Of a DNA stretch of 64,000 nt, positions 11,804-24,005 are shown piece by piece. Under the pieces are notes generated by a model, which saw only the letters and a list, made by a program, of their open reading frames with translations, was not told the origin of the DNA and searched no databases. The number at the start of each line of letters is the position of its first letter. Within the stretch, counting starts at the first letter, position 1. The position numbers and the translations under genes were made by a program. The stretch is taken from NCBI GenBank assembly GCA_963924565.1, contig OZ004607.1, positions 30,628,001 to 30,692,000 on the forward strand. Direction: 5' to 3'. Origin of the DNA: Ascidiella aspersa (taxonomy: Eukaryota).

Positions 11804-14800
11804 ATGCGTTGGACTGCTGTCGCTGTTTTACTGGGGATAGTTCGGATGGCCCCAGCTTTTGAAACGGCCAAGGAACTCAATGAATGGGTTCCGTATTACG
11901 GTATGTAGACAAATTGTTTTACGATCACGTTAGTTTCCAGTAAATAGAAATTGTGTATACCAGAAGTCACCAAACTAGGGTCCGCGGGCTGGATCGGTCC
12001 CTCAGATTTAATAAAACCTGTGTACGGCAAAATTTCTTGATAAAGAAGAAGTACAGTAATTGTACTCGGCTGTAATTGCAAATTAAATTTAGGTGAAATT
12101 GTAAACTGAGAAACAATTTATTAAAGCATACTACCATTTTTGTTGCATGTTTATTTGGGTTACCTTCGTTTTACGATATTCAAGTTAATTTTGTTAGACA
12201 TGCACAAAGTTTTATCCAGCCCGAGGCGATCAGGCTTTACAGCTATCCCACCTTTATGAAAAACGTTTGGTGACCCCTGGTGTACATCAATAATATTTGT
12301 ATTGCAATTTGAAACGTATATTTAATAAAGGCAATACGTCCTCTTAAAGGCCCGATTTACGTTACAGCTTCCGCAAGTGTAGGCAGTCGAGAACAGTCCG
12401 TAATTGAAAACATTTTTTCTTCGTTTAACTTAGTTTGTATTGAGTGAAAAACATTTAAAGTCAGCCTAAATAAATTAATCGCAAGACAAAGGCGAAATGT
12501 TTGTCGGTTGTACACCGTTATGCTAAACGCACTTTCCATATATAAGTGTAACTTAACATTCAAAAAAAATTGGACAGAGTTTTTTAGTTAAACTTTTAAG
12601 AGCATTTACTTTTTAGTTAGGCGCTGTTTGGGACTGCACTTCTTTCGTGCCTGGAGACACTTTTGAGGGAACCATACGACCATACTATGTGCTAATATGC
12701 GGATATACCAAACATTTTCTCGCTGCACCTGACTAAATTCTAATTTCAACACGAAACGTGCAACATAGCACTATACAGAGATTATAATTGTGCAACTAAG
12801 TGTCTAAGGTACTTAAAAAGGCGTCATTTTAAAAAATGATTAAGGCCTATACCAAAATATTGTAAAAAAAAACTTATTCCATTAGAAAAAAGGGTACCTG
12901 AGAAAGCCTTCGATAACCCTAACCACAGATTAAACGATTTTCGTTGTGTTAAACATAATGTCACGTTTCAGTTTTTAGTGCATCCCTCAACTGCAACCAT
13001 ATTGATCATTCGTATAATATCTTAATTGTTTTATGTAGATTGGTGCAACGCCGTTCGACTGGATCCTAGCCGGAATTCTATCAACTGCTTCTGTCCATCA
13101 AGAACTAAAGATTTGAACTTCTACTTTTCAACACTTAGCGGTCTAGAGAAGCCCACAGCGATTCCGAAAAGATGGCTTTGTGACGGACGGAATGATTGCC
13201 CTGACTATTCCGACGAGATAAGAGAAGACTGCCTCTGTTCTCCTCAAGAATATCAATGCGGGTGCTCACTTCGAACCCAGCACTGCTATCACGGCCAGGG
13301 GTGCTACAGCGAGGGTGACATTTGCAACGGTCGTTTGGATTGCATGGACGGCACAGACGAGCTAAACTGCACTTGTCCAAGTGGGACTTTTCGCTGTGCG
13401 TGCCAAGATAACAACACGTGCGCCTACCCGGAAATGTGCATCTTGGAGCATCAGACCTGAGACGGGAAAAGCGATTGTTCCGACGGAAGCGACGAAGCCG
13501 ACTGCCAATGTGCCGGGGAATTTTCTTGCGGTTGTCGCTACGTGAACGGTAAATGTCAAGATCCAACCAGCTGTATCCCGATGTCATCTAAATGCGACGG
13601 GACTAACGACTGTGTAGACGGCAGCGACGAACACGACTGCCAGTTTGCACAGCGTCAGTTCTACTGCGCATGCGCAAGAAAAGGATTATGCGTCTCACCC
13701 AATCCGTCCTACATTCCTTGGGAGTTTGTTTGCGACTTTGACAACGACTGCGGCGACTGGAGTGACGAAATTAACTGCCCGTGTACCGATGGGGAGTTTA
13801 TGTGCGATTGCAACAGACTGGGCTGCAGCACTTCGCCTGGCTGTGTCAACCTAAATTATTTCTGCGACGGAATAGACGACTGTGGCGATTGGAGTGATGA
13901 ACTTGACTGCATGTTTGACTATAAACGGTTTAATTGCGAGTGCTTTACAAACAACCAAACCTGCTCGGGCAACGTCGCAAGTGTTATCTTGGACAAAGTT
14001 TGCGATGGAATCTACCAATGCTCCGATCACTCCGACGAACGCTCCTGTAAATGCCAGGCGCCCAAGTTTCAATGCAAGTGCGCTAATGTTGCTTCCGATG
14101 CTTGTGCTGGAGATAATTGGTGCATCAGCAGCGATAAGGTATGCGATGGATACACTGACTGCTTGGACGGAAGCGACGAGTTGAACTGCACCTACCCCTA
14201 CTATGCTTTCACTTGCACTTGTGCTTTCGACCTTATATGCACAGAGAGGTTTGTGGCCGTAGGATACTGGCTTGAATGCAACGGTAATAACGAGTGTGGA
14301 GATTGGAGCGACGAAGATACGTGTTTATGCGGCGCTGGCAAGTTCATGTGCGACTGCTATAAAACATCACCAATCACATGCGACGTTAACAATGGATGCT
14401 TGGAACAGGAGAAAGTGTGCGATCACATAAACGACTGCGGGGATTGGAGCGACGAACGGAACTGCAACTTTTTCCAATGTGCTTGTAGTTCGTCAAACGT
14501 TTCAGCAGTTTGCTATGCCGAAAGCGTAAGCGGGGAGAGACGCTGTGACCTTGTGAACGACTGTGGCGATTGGAGCGACGAAAACAACTGCACTTGCCCA
14601 CCAAACAGCTTCGAGTGTCCGTGCAACTTTCCAGGATGTGGAGCCGGGCCCGGATGTGTATCAGCAAACTTTATGTGTGACGGGTTTAACGATTGTGGAG
14701 ATTGGAGTGACGAAGCGAATTGCTCGTGTCCCGCTGGAGAAACTCCTTGTGAGTGTTATGCTAGAGAAAATAAGACTTGCCATTTCAAGAACGGATGCCT

Positions 14801-17291
14801 TCAGCCTTGGCAAGTTTGCGACGGATTGAACGACTGTGGCGACTGGAGTGGAGAACTGGAATGCAATTGCACACACGGTCAAGTCAAATGCGGCTGCCTA
14901 TTCAACGACTCCGGTTGCGTTTCCAACAAGGGTTGTATTGATTGGTCTTTAGTGAATAATGGGATAGCCAACTGTTTCGGCGGTGACGACGAACCTTGTG
15001 TGACCAATTTTAACTTCTGTGATAACAATTGTCAGACAAAGGCCATGTACTGCCCTGATTTACAAGCAAAAGAAAAAATGTTGCAGTACGAAAATGCTTC
15101 GCTGACGCATTGCTTTCCTGTGTTGGCTAAAACGTTTATCAACAACACCATAGGAGAAAAAACACCAGAGTGGGCCTGCATTTCAACCACGTGTGGGGCA
15201 GAGAACGCTGGCTGCAAAAAACCGTTTGTTTCCGATAACAAGGAAGTTATAATAGCCAACCTGTTTTGTACTGGTAATAGCGAATGCAGCGACTGTAGTG
15301 ATGAGGCATTCAACCTTCCAGGATTTAAATGCGCCACCGGTTATTCGACGTTTACCTGCGTTCTTCCCCAAATAAATTTGTACGACGACATTGCACAGTG
15401 CTCCGACGGATCCGATTTGTGTTTCGCTGACGGGACGATGAACTGTTTTCAATGCTTTGATAAGCGACTTATAATCTCTCCCAAGCAGGTCTGCGACGGT
15501 GTTGTGGACTGTTACGATCTCTCAGACGAGTGCTTTTGCGCGAATCAAACTGCCTGCAACGATGTGCGCGGGATATCCAAGACCGTTTGCCCGCCCGGTG
15601 AACTATATTGCAACGAAACTGTTGGATGCGTGGAGGAAACCACTGTTCTGTGCAATTGGGATTACAAATGCACAAACAGCACGAACACAGTGGCCTGCAT
15701 CAATTCGGAAAGGCAGAAAACAATCAGTTGTGTCGCTATTTCAGGCCCAATTGAAGCTGTGCTGTGCGACGGCCGGCCGCAATGCAACGACTTGTCCGAC
15801 GAATGTGAAAACTGCCCGACTAAGCCTTGGTTTTGCGACGATGCCTGTCGCTTGTATTATCCCATTGGAGACCGATACTGCGACGGGCAAAATGATAGTG
15901 TTTCGGGTTATATTGACAAACCGTTTTGCCCCAATGGGTTCGACGAAAAAAACTGCTCCAAAAGGTTCTATTGCGCAAACGGTGTATCAGTCAGCATCGA
16001 TGTCAACAATGTATGTGATGGTATAATTAACTGTGAAAACGGAGAAGACGAGACTGAGGCACGTTGCGCTGATAGACGCTTTTACTGTGGCGATAAAAAG
16101 CCGATATCAGTGGCGAAAAGCCAGGTGGAGGATGGCAAGTGGGACTGCGCTGACGGAAGCGACGAATGCCCGCCGCAAACCGACAAAGTAACTGTGTTTT
16201 CCTCGCAATACGAGCTGATTGGTAACAAAATTATTCTTGCCGTATTTTGGATTATGGCGCTGTTATCAATTGCCGGTAATATCGTTGTGTTCGCCACCAC
16301 AGTAAAAAATATACTGGTTACCGACAAAATGTCAAAAGTGTTGCAATATAACTCGTTATTCGTACTCAACCTTTCCGTGTCCGATTTTTTAATGGGCATT
16401 TACCTTTTAACGATTTGCATTAAAACGGCCCAATTTTCTGGTTCGTATTGCTTCCATGACAAACCATGGCGTACGAGCAGATCGTGTTCGTTTTTAGGCG
16501 TCCTTGTCGTTCTTTCAACTGAAACATCCGTGTTCATAATGACATTTATGACCACATTCCGCCTTGTCACAATATTTCGACCTTTTATAACCTCCACGCT
16601 CAAAATAATCTGGGGAAGGTTGGCAGTGGCAGCGTCCTGGATTTTGGCAATTTTAATCGCCACTTTTCCTTTAATGTTTCCGACCTCTGGCTACTTTGTG
16701 TCCGGGGTTTGGTTTCCGAACTACTTTTACAAATCTGACCAAGTAGATAAGGCAGATGTGAACACCCTTGCATTAAGAATGGGACAAACAAACATTTCCT
16801 CATGGTCGAACACTTTGAAGTTCATTGAATCCAAGCTTCGATACTTGCCCATAAAAGGGGACATAGGTTACTACGGTGAGACGAGCGTGTGCATGCCTCG
16901 ACTTTTCGTAAACGTCGGTGACGCTGGTTGGGGTTTTTCCACTTTTCTTATCCTTCTTAATTTTCTTCTCTTTCTCTACATGGTCGTAAGCTACGTCGTC
17001 ATTTACCGCCTTAGCACCAGTGGAGCTGGAAAGTTTAGTAATAAGCGTTCGAAAAAGATGCAAAGCCGCATAACGCGCCTCATTCTAACCGATTTTGCTT
17101 GCTGGGTTCCGCTTTGCACACTGGCCTTTATACAACTTTCCGGTGTCGATTTACCCATCGTGGTGTACGCTATCAGCGCCGGAATTTTGCTTCCCATTAA
17201 CAGCGCAATCAACCCATTGCTGTATTCCGACGCCATAATTGGCGTGTTGTATTCTGTGTTTTCTTGTGGTAAACGTCAGTCCTCCCAATAG
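11804..17291 (+). pseudogene. LDLa-repeat GPCR (RXFP/GRL101-like, no LRRs) copy A; exons 11804-11900 and 13039-17291; in-frame TGA at 13458-13460
   Basis: Exon 1 encodes signal peptide MRWTAVAVLLGIVRMAPA...WVPYY (possible upstream ATG at 11792), followed by a phase-1 GT-AG intron. ORFs 13026-13460 and 13542-17291 share a frame and are separated by TGA where copies B and C have TGC (Cys). The tail is also shortened (TCG to TAG plus a deletion relative to B). Confidence 0.8.
11961..12279. mobile_element. hAT-type MITE in the intron of receptor copy A (same insertion as 30685-31006 in copy B)
   Basis: TIRs CAGAAGTCACCAAAC / GTTTGGTGACCCCTG; TSD GTGTATAC / GTGTACAT. Confidence 0.72.
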
Positions 17292-18094
17292 GACGCTTCT
17301 GTAATTGGAACGGCTTACAATATCTTTCCTTTTCTGAACAACTACGAGTGTTCCAGAATATTTCAATTATCGATTTGTGGATGTACTTAATGCTTTTGTA
17401 TATTGTTTTTCTGAGTTTCACTGCACTTGGTCTGTTTTTGTTCCCATTACTTTTGTAAATATATATGCATAGAACAGATTTGTCCCGATTAATTAAATTT
17501 TAAACTGCATAAGCTTTTTGTAATATTTCTTCACTGTTTCTTAGTTTTATCGTATTGTTTTTTTTACTAAGTTGTGCAATGCTTGTTCTGTGTTTCAATT
17601 CATTGTATATAAATTTTATAACAGCAATGTTTTGTTATTACTCGTTCTAAACGTGAAATACTTCAATGACGATGAGCAAATGCTTGACTTTGTGAAAAAT
17701 GCTGTTTTTTTATCACTTTTCCATTATTAAGGAAGTCTCATTGTAAAAACTTACAAAGCTTGTTTATTTGTTGTAATCTTGTTGGAATGCTTGTATCATT
17801 ATTTTGAGTCGATTTGAAATATACTTGTATACGGGACTTTTTTTGCTTGCAATGTATTACATTACTCGAATTCTTCTTTTAATGAATTCACTTTGATTGT
17901 AAGAACTTTTACATACATACCCCTCCTCTCTCAAATTTTAAAATAACGACATTACATCCACACAAAATCCGCCTACATGAAAATCTGTTGGGATTAAGTT
18001 TCTGCGTAATTAATTTAGGCAAGTTTTGTAAATTGAATCTAATATAGGTTCCCAATCGTCATTCAACTCACATAGTATAGTTGTTTTCCAAATT

Positions 18095-18430
18095 ACATTT
18101 TAGTTTTTGAATGCCTCTATCTGTAATGTTTTGTCGCTCAATCTTTCTGTAAAACTTATAGCCTTTAAACCAGTGTAGCGTAGGAACAAATTAATATATC
18201 TTTGTAATAAATGCCTGTAGGTATTTTAGGTATACGATTTTTGTCTGAGCTAATTATACACTTTTATCAAATAAATGTACAAATTTTAACACACCTTTAT
18301 TCCTTTAGATTACTAGACGAGTACTTTATTGTTTGTCAGTATAGCATAATGCAAGGTGTAAAAGCATTGTAGGCTTGCATGCAATTCATGCTATAACATT
18401 TGTATCGAAAAAGCAAAGACATATTTAGTA
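18095..18430 (+). repeat. Diverged direct repeat of 7900-8380
   Basis: Same shared blocks as 7900-8380; begins right after homology to the copy B 3' flank ends (~18060). Confidence 0.72.
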
Positions 18431-19189
18431 TTTACATGTAAAAGAAGCCGTGTCGTATATATAGGCTACCTTTAATTAAAATTTTCGAAACTAATTTATA
18501 CAGGTCATCAAAGAGAAAAAACAAATTAAAATTTAGCCAATTTAAAATATGTATTTAGTCAAGCGTCCAACTTTTTTAATTAAAACATTGCAGATATACA
18601 CTTTGCGGACAACATCTCTAATAGGGTATCTGTTTTACCAGCCAGAAGCGGAAGCCTAAAACAAAAAAAAAAACATTAGTATTTAGGTTTGATTGTGACT
18701 AAATTCCAAAGTTTAATTCTCTGTTCTATCTATTATTTTTAGTTGATTCATCTTATGTTGTATGAAAATCGTTTTTTAAAAAAACATTTTTATTTTAAAT
18801 GAAAACATTTAAGGTCGGTTTATAAGTGGGCACTATGTGAAGCTTATACTAACACCTTTTCAAAAGATGTTGAATCCATTAGTTTCATTTTTTGATCTTT
18901 AGGCGTAATATCATTAATAAATGGACGTTGAATCGTCAAGTCTAACCTAAGCACTATTTTTTATAGAATTATGTTGCTTTTGGTGCGTTGCAAACAATTC
19001 TAATTTTTAGCAAAAATGCATAGGCTAATATTATCCGAAACAACGTAGTCCAAAATTGCATACACTTTCTCAATTCTTATTACCCCATAATGCACTATCA
19101 AGCAGAGTAGGCTAACCAAAATTCATCGCTATGATTAGCTGAGGGAGAGATTTTGTGATAACCTGTGTATCAGGTCAAATACCATAAAA

Positions 19190-22100
19190 TCATCTAATAC
19201 AATCATGGTTTTGTACCTCTGGTACTTGGTGTTCTTCTTGTCTTGGAGGCAATGTCGGATAGATGCCACTTGGTGAGCTTGAATTAGGATGGTCGACAAT
19301 TGTTTCCTATATAAATAGAAAGACGTTAGTTGTTGTGAGAACTTTAGCTGTAGAAGAAAGACTTTTTACCCACTGAAAACCTACAAGCCAATGTGCAGAA
19401 ATGACCCCTGATATTGATAAATAATAAATACATCCACCTGTTTTACCACCACGATTAATAAAACCCCTTCTTAATTGAGATATCTGTTACGACCATCAAT
19501 CTAAGTTTAAAGTAATGTTATTCAATGGGCCTGTAATGCGCCATTATTGCGGCCCAACGTTTAAAACTGTGTCCTAAAGCTTAACTGTGCAAGACAGGCT
19601 ACCGTTACCTTCCTCATCTATTACATGTTAAGTTAGCCTTGTGTGAGGGTGTGGATTAACAACAATTAGAGTATTTTTAACTCATTTCTACCTGCGGTGA
19701 TTGTTGCATTGAAGTTGTCGGTCTCATTTCACCACCAGGCAAGCTCGTCTTAGGTTGATGAACATGGATTGCCTATTTAAAATAGCGTCGATCGCATATG
19801 TATAATAGTAATCTTTTTTCTACGGAGTCTAAAAAACTTCTTTTTGGGGGGCAAAAGTGTTTCCAAATTTATATGTTATGTTACCTCAACGTTCTTAAAT
19901 TTTTATGCTTGTTAGCTTTCAATATCTCAGTCATATAGAAAAACGTTGATTTTTTGAAAAAGCAGATTTATATTGCCCATTGTAATATATTGAAATTCAC
20001 TCACGATATTCGGCATTGGAATCCCTGAAAAACAAGATTTTTTAAATTTAAATTTCAACATCTTCCGAAATAAGGTTTTGAACGATAAACAAATTAAATC
20101 CTTGGTGTTTCCTTTGTGCATAAATAAGTTGTTTATGCAATATTTTGGTATAAACTAAGCTTAATAAAGACGTATGTCCAAAGAAACGAATAATTATACA
20201 GGTTCCACCCAAAACAAGTGTGCTTCGCGTCCACGACGATAGATGCTTTGCATCAATACTTTAAAATCTCTCATGTAGTATTATGGGTTTTCAGTAGTAA
20301 AAGGTAAGTCTAAAAATAATGTATTGGCTTTTTTGTTCGAATTTACAAAACAAGTAACTTTTAAATAAAAGTTTCTTTATGCTTTGTTTACTAGATGGCA
20401 GGGTCGGGTTTGCGCTCCGCACGAAACTCAATTATGTTTCAAATGTGTCTTAAATGTGAGAAAATTTTTTATAGAAATCGTTTTAGCCCAAAGGCATCGC
20501 ACGTCTAACTGTACCCTTAAAAACTTTTGGCAAGTTGAACAATACAAAGACGTTTTTTCACTTTGCGCTAACCGACAACATCTTTGGAGTTTTGCTTTTC
20601 TACTGAAAGCAATACCTCTCTAACCTAAATCTTAAACACAATAAGCGAAGAGTGTGGTGTTCTTAAGGTTACTACAGTTTGACGTCAAGCTTGCCGTAAC
20701 TTTATGACGTAACGTTTTACGTCACTTTGTAAGTCGCGGTATAAGGTAACTTTATGACGTAACCCCTAAAAAGAAGTTCATGCCTTCTCCCCACATTTAA
20801 AAATCTTAGAATTAAAAAAAAAAAACTTATCAGTACATACCTTGGTGGTTGTATCCCTGGTTGACATATTGAGGTTGCGGCTGATTTTGTGGTTGTTGCT
20901 GTGGTGGTTGCTGCTGGTGCTGAGGCATGTTTCTACCAGTAACTATTTCCACCGGAGTTTCTATATGCTTTCACATATTGACAACATTAAGTAAAATTTG
21001 TAGCTCTACGTGGTTCAAAAATACGTAAAGGTATTATTGAAAAGTAAATGAAAAATGTAAGGTAATTCTGGGATTTTCAAAACCTTTCAAGATTTTAGAC
21101 AAGTAGCTAGGCTACACCATAGTTATTATAAATCTACAAATTTGGCTAAAACTACAAACGTGTTATTTTAAATTGAAATTGTTACAGAACAGAATTTTGC
21201 ACTAAATACCAATTTTTTAGCGACATAAAACCACGAATCTACAACAATTACCAATATAGCATATAAAAAAACTCAAATAAATACAAAAACACGGCATTTA
21301 CCCAACTGTTGCAGCACGTCGCACTACATCCGTGCCCCGACAACGTTATGGACAAAACGAAGCCAACAAATGCCAGGGTTCCCAGGGTGGCGTGAATGGC
21401 AATGTAATAGGCGTACTGGTCCTACAACGACAGATAGCGTTAAAGCTGAGAATGAACCATTTCTTTATTAAAGCATCCGGCAACGCTTGGTTTTAAGTTT
21501 TTTTTCTATATAACTTAACTTTTCAATAACTTTAACATTGCAGAAAACTGCTTGTTTAACTTAAAAAAAAGGAGTTAGGGTAAGGCGAAATTCGAAACCA
21601 CGCTTTTACCTTTATAAACATAGATTATAAAATAAATACTGCTAATTCATTAAATATTAAACAAGCATTATAACCAGACATTACAGTTAAATACAAAATA
21701 AGATTAATTCTGTTATTACAATGTGTAATAAATTTCTTAATATCTGATGTAAATTTACACTCTTGATTTTTCCGTGGAGTAAATACATGTCTAACAATTT
21801 GTTTGGGCGTTAAAAAATTAAGCTGTACTGGCTTCTTAACACCCTACATGAAATGCTTTTTTATACTTTTAAACCTGATTTTATTCATGTTCCCTTTGCG
21901 ATTTTAAACCAGATGGAAGGTCGCGGGCTAAAAATAAAATTTGTTACTGTCCTTATTTGTCTTGATTATGAAATCGTATTTAATAGTTTAGCATAGTTTT
22001 GCATCTGAAAATACTTCCTTCATAAACTACTAACATAGTTTGTTGACCCCTGTTTTAAACCATCAGGCGAGCCTAATTACCCCACAATACAAGTGGCCTA

Positions 22101-24005
22101 ACTCACCCCACAATACGAGTGGTGAAAGCAATGCTGCAAGTCGACCAGCTGAATAACTTCGATCGCAATGAACGGAATGGCTGCGATTGAAGATAGGATG
22201 CTCATGGCCATACAGCTCACAAACTGTAAATTAAAGGTTGCACCAAATGTAATGTTAACCGCTTTAAAAATACTTTCGTCAGCAATCCTTGACTTTTAGA
22301 TTTACATGGTAAAGACAATGTGACTTTGAAGGCCGGTGTGGCTGTTACTTGCTCTAACTTTATTGTAGCCCCGTAATACCAAACCCTGTTTTCTTCTTAT
22401 GTGCATTAACAAGATGCAATCAAGATTATATGCCCTTAAAATGACTCCAGGAGAGTGGTACCTTGAAGTCTCGAAAGGTGTCCTTAGGGTGCACTGTGTA
22501 TTTGATAAAGAAAAATAAAGTAACGCCAGTCTGAAATTCCTAATTATGTTGGTCTAGCTACAGTTAACCAGTCGTGTTTACGACGTCACCATCGAAATGT
22601 GACAAATAGAGACTCAAATCGTACTTTAGCTAGTTGTGTATGCTTTGGGTTGAACTCCGCACATTTCATTCAACTTTAAAGCAATTCGTTTAGAAATTTG
22701 CATTTTTGCCCATTTGAATGTGTTTCTAATTGACCCTGGCTTATTCACCATATTGGGGCCGCGAGAAATAAAAGGTTGGAAACCACTGCTCATATGCTAA
22801 TTTTCCAAGCGTAAATCAGATACCATAATTAAATACTTACGTTACAATGGGACTGAGAGACACCGGAGGCGACGCCGAGTGATCCAGCGACGAGAAACTG
22901 AAAGTTTTATAATTTTACTAAATTAGTGAGGAACACGGTTTTGGTCTTTTCGAGCATAATTTCTAAATTCGACTTTAGCTCAGAAACTTTCGAAAAACAG
23001 CCAATGGATTCAGAAAAGCATATTAGGCTACAGACCGACAGTAGGCCTTAGAGATTACACAAACTTACGTTTTCTTTAATTAGATGTTAGCACAGTGTTT
23101 TAAAACAGGTTGTTATACACTTACAAAGGCTCCGGCCCATATTCCAGGTGCGGCGTAGTCCAACGGCGTGACGCCATATTTTTTGTCAGAATCTGATGCC
23201 AGTATGACGATATGAGCCGTGTCGATGATTATGCAGGATAGACCAAAGGTGAGGAGAAACGCCTTAAAATAAAGTTCAATGTAAAGCCGTGCTATATAGC
23301 AGACCTTTCCAAACTGGGCATTTCTACGATCAAACTTGGACAATAGATGATAATTCTAGTTTTCTAATTCAATGAATTAGGTCTACAGCAAAATGCGGCT
23401 TATTCTAATTGTAATCTATTTTGTCAATGGCTGGTGGGCTCTAATTCTAGTTCTAATCTAATTCGGATTTTACCAAATCGATACTTTCTTCAATGCATTT
23501 TTAGTACCTTAGTCAAGATTTATCAATAGTGATTGTATTTTTTCTACTTTTTATACATAGACTACAAATGACCTTATAATGCAAAAGCCTAATGCAAAAC
23601 AAAACCTTTCAGTTACACATTACTTGAATAACTGTGAACCGAATCAGACTACGAAAAGTGTTCTGTTTAACACTTTTAAATCTAAAGGGTGGCATAAAGT
23701 TTTAATAAATTTAAAAAAGTCACATAATGGAAGTTTGAGATCGTATGGAATAAAAGCCCTATAGGCCTACACCATACAACTTTTATCTAAATGTTATGGT
23801 TCACATATACCCTTGTTTAATTGCTAAAAAAGCGTGTGAATTGAGAACCAGAATATATCTGAAATACCAGATTTTGCTGGCAACAAATTTATTTGAACAT
23901 ATTTTAACTTTTGCTTACCCCGATACATTTGAACTGGGTTTTGTAAACAGCTAGGCGAGCAGTTTTCTGACGAGTCGGAGTCACCGACCTAATCATTTGT
24001 CCCAT
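19190..24005 (-). CDS. MS4A/CD20-like four-transmembrane protein 2 (exons 24005-23919, 23262-23125, 22897-22841, 22223-22107, 21421-21302, ~20967-20841; tentative 19772-19692 and 19306-19190)
   Basis: Translation MGQMIRS...FKCIG-AFLLTFGLSCIII...APGIWAGAF-FLVAGSLGVASG...-FVSCMAMSILSSIAAIPFIAIEVIQL...HCFHHSYCG-DQYAYYIAIHATLGTLAFVGFVLSITLSGHGCSATCC, then a Gln/Pro-rich tail. Exon phases and the 57-nt third exon match gene 1. Junctions among the tail exons are not fully resolved (a small phase 1-to-0 exon may be missing). Confidence 0.78.
23338..23507. repeat. Dispersed repeat family (also 33285-33600 and 35255-35575)
   Basis: GACAATAGA..ATAATT.TAGTTTTCTAATTCAATGAAT...AAAATG.GGC..ATTCTAATTGT.ATCTA...GCATTTTTAGT is recognisable at all three sites. 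Confidence 0.7.

Larger units (their letters stand above)
10540..18060 (+). repeat. Segmental duplication unit carrying receptor copy A; inverted paralog of 24565-34750
   Basis: Upstream region, exon 1, intron (with a shared MITE), exon 2 and ~750 bp of 3' flank all align to the reverse complement of the copy B locus. Confidence 0.85.

Noticed and set aside
13458-13460. TGA at a Cys position as a selenocysteine codon
   Set aside because: I see no SECIS-like hairpin after 17291; LDLa cysteines are structural; A has a second lesion at its tail. SECISearch on 17292-18100 would settle it.
13700-14860. Regularly spaced GACTGYGGCGAYTGGAGYGACGA repeats resembling a CRISPR array
   Set aside because: They encode the DCGDWSDE motif of LDLa modules within a eukaryotic exon; no cas genes are present.
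20670-20770. Cluster of TGACGT (CRE-like) motifs in an MS4A-2 intron
   Set aside because: Partly explained by a short direct repeat (TAACTTTATGACGTAAC); no independent evidence of function.
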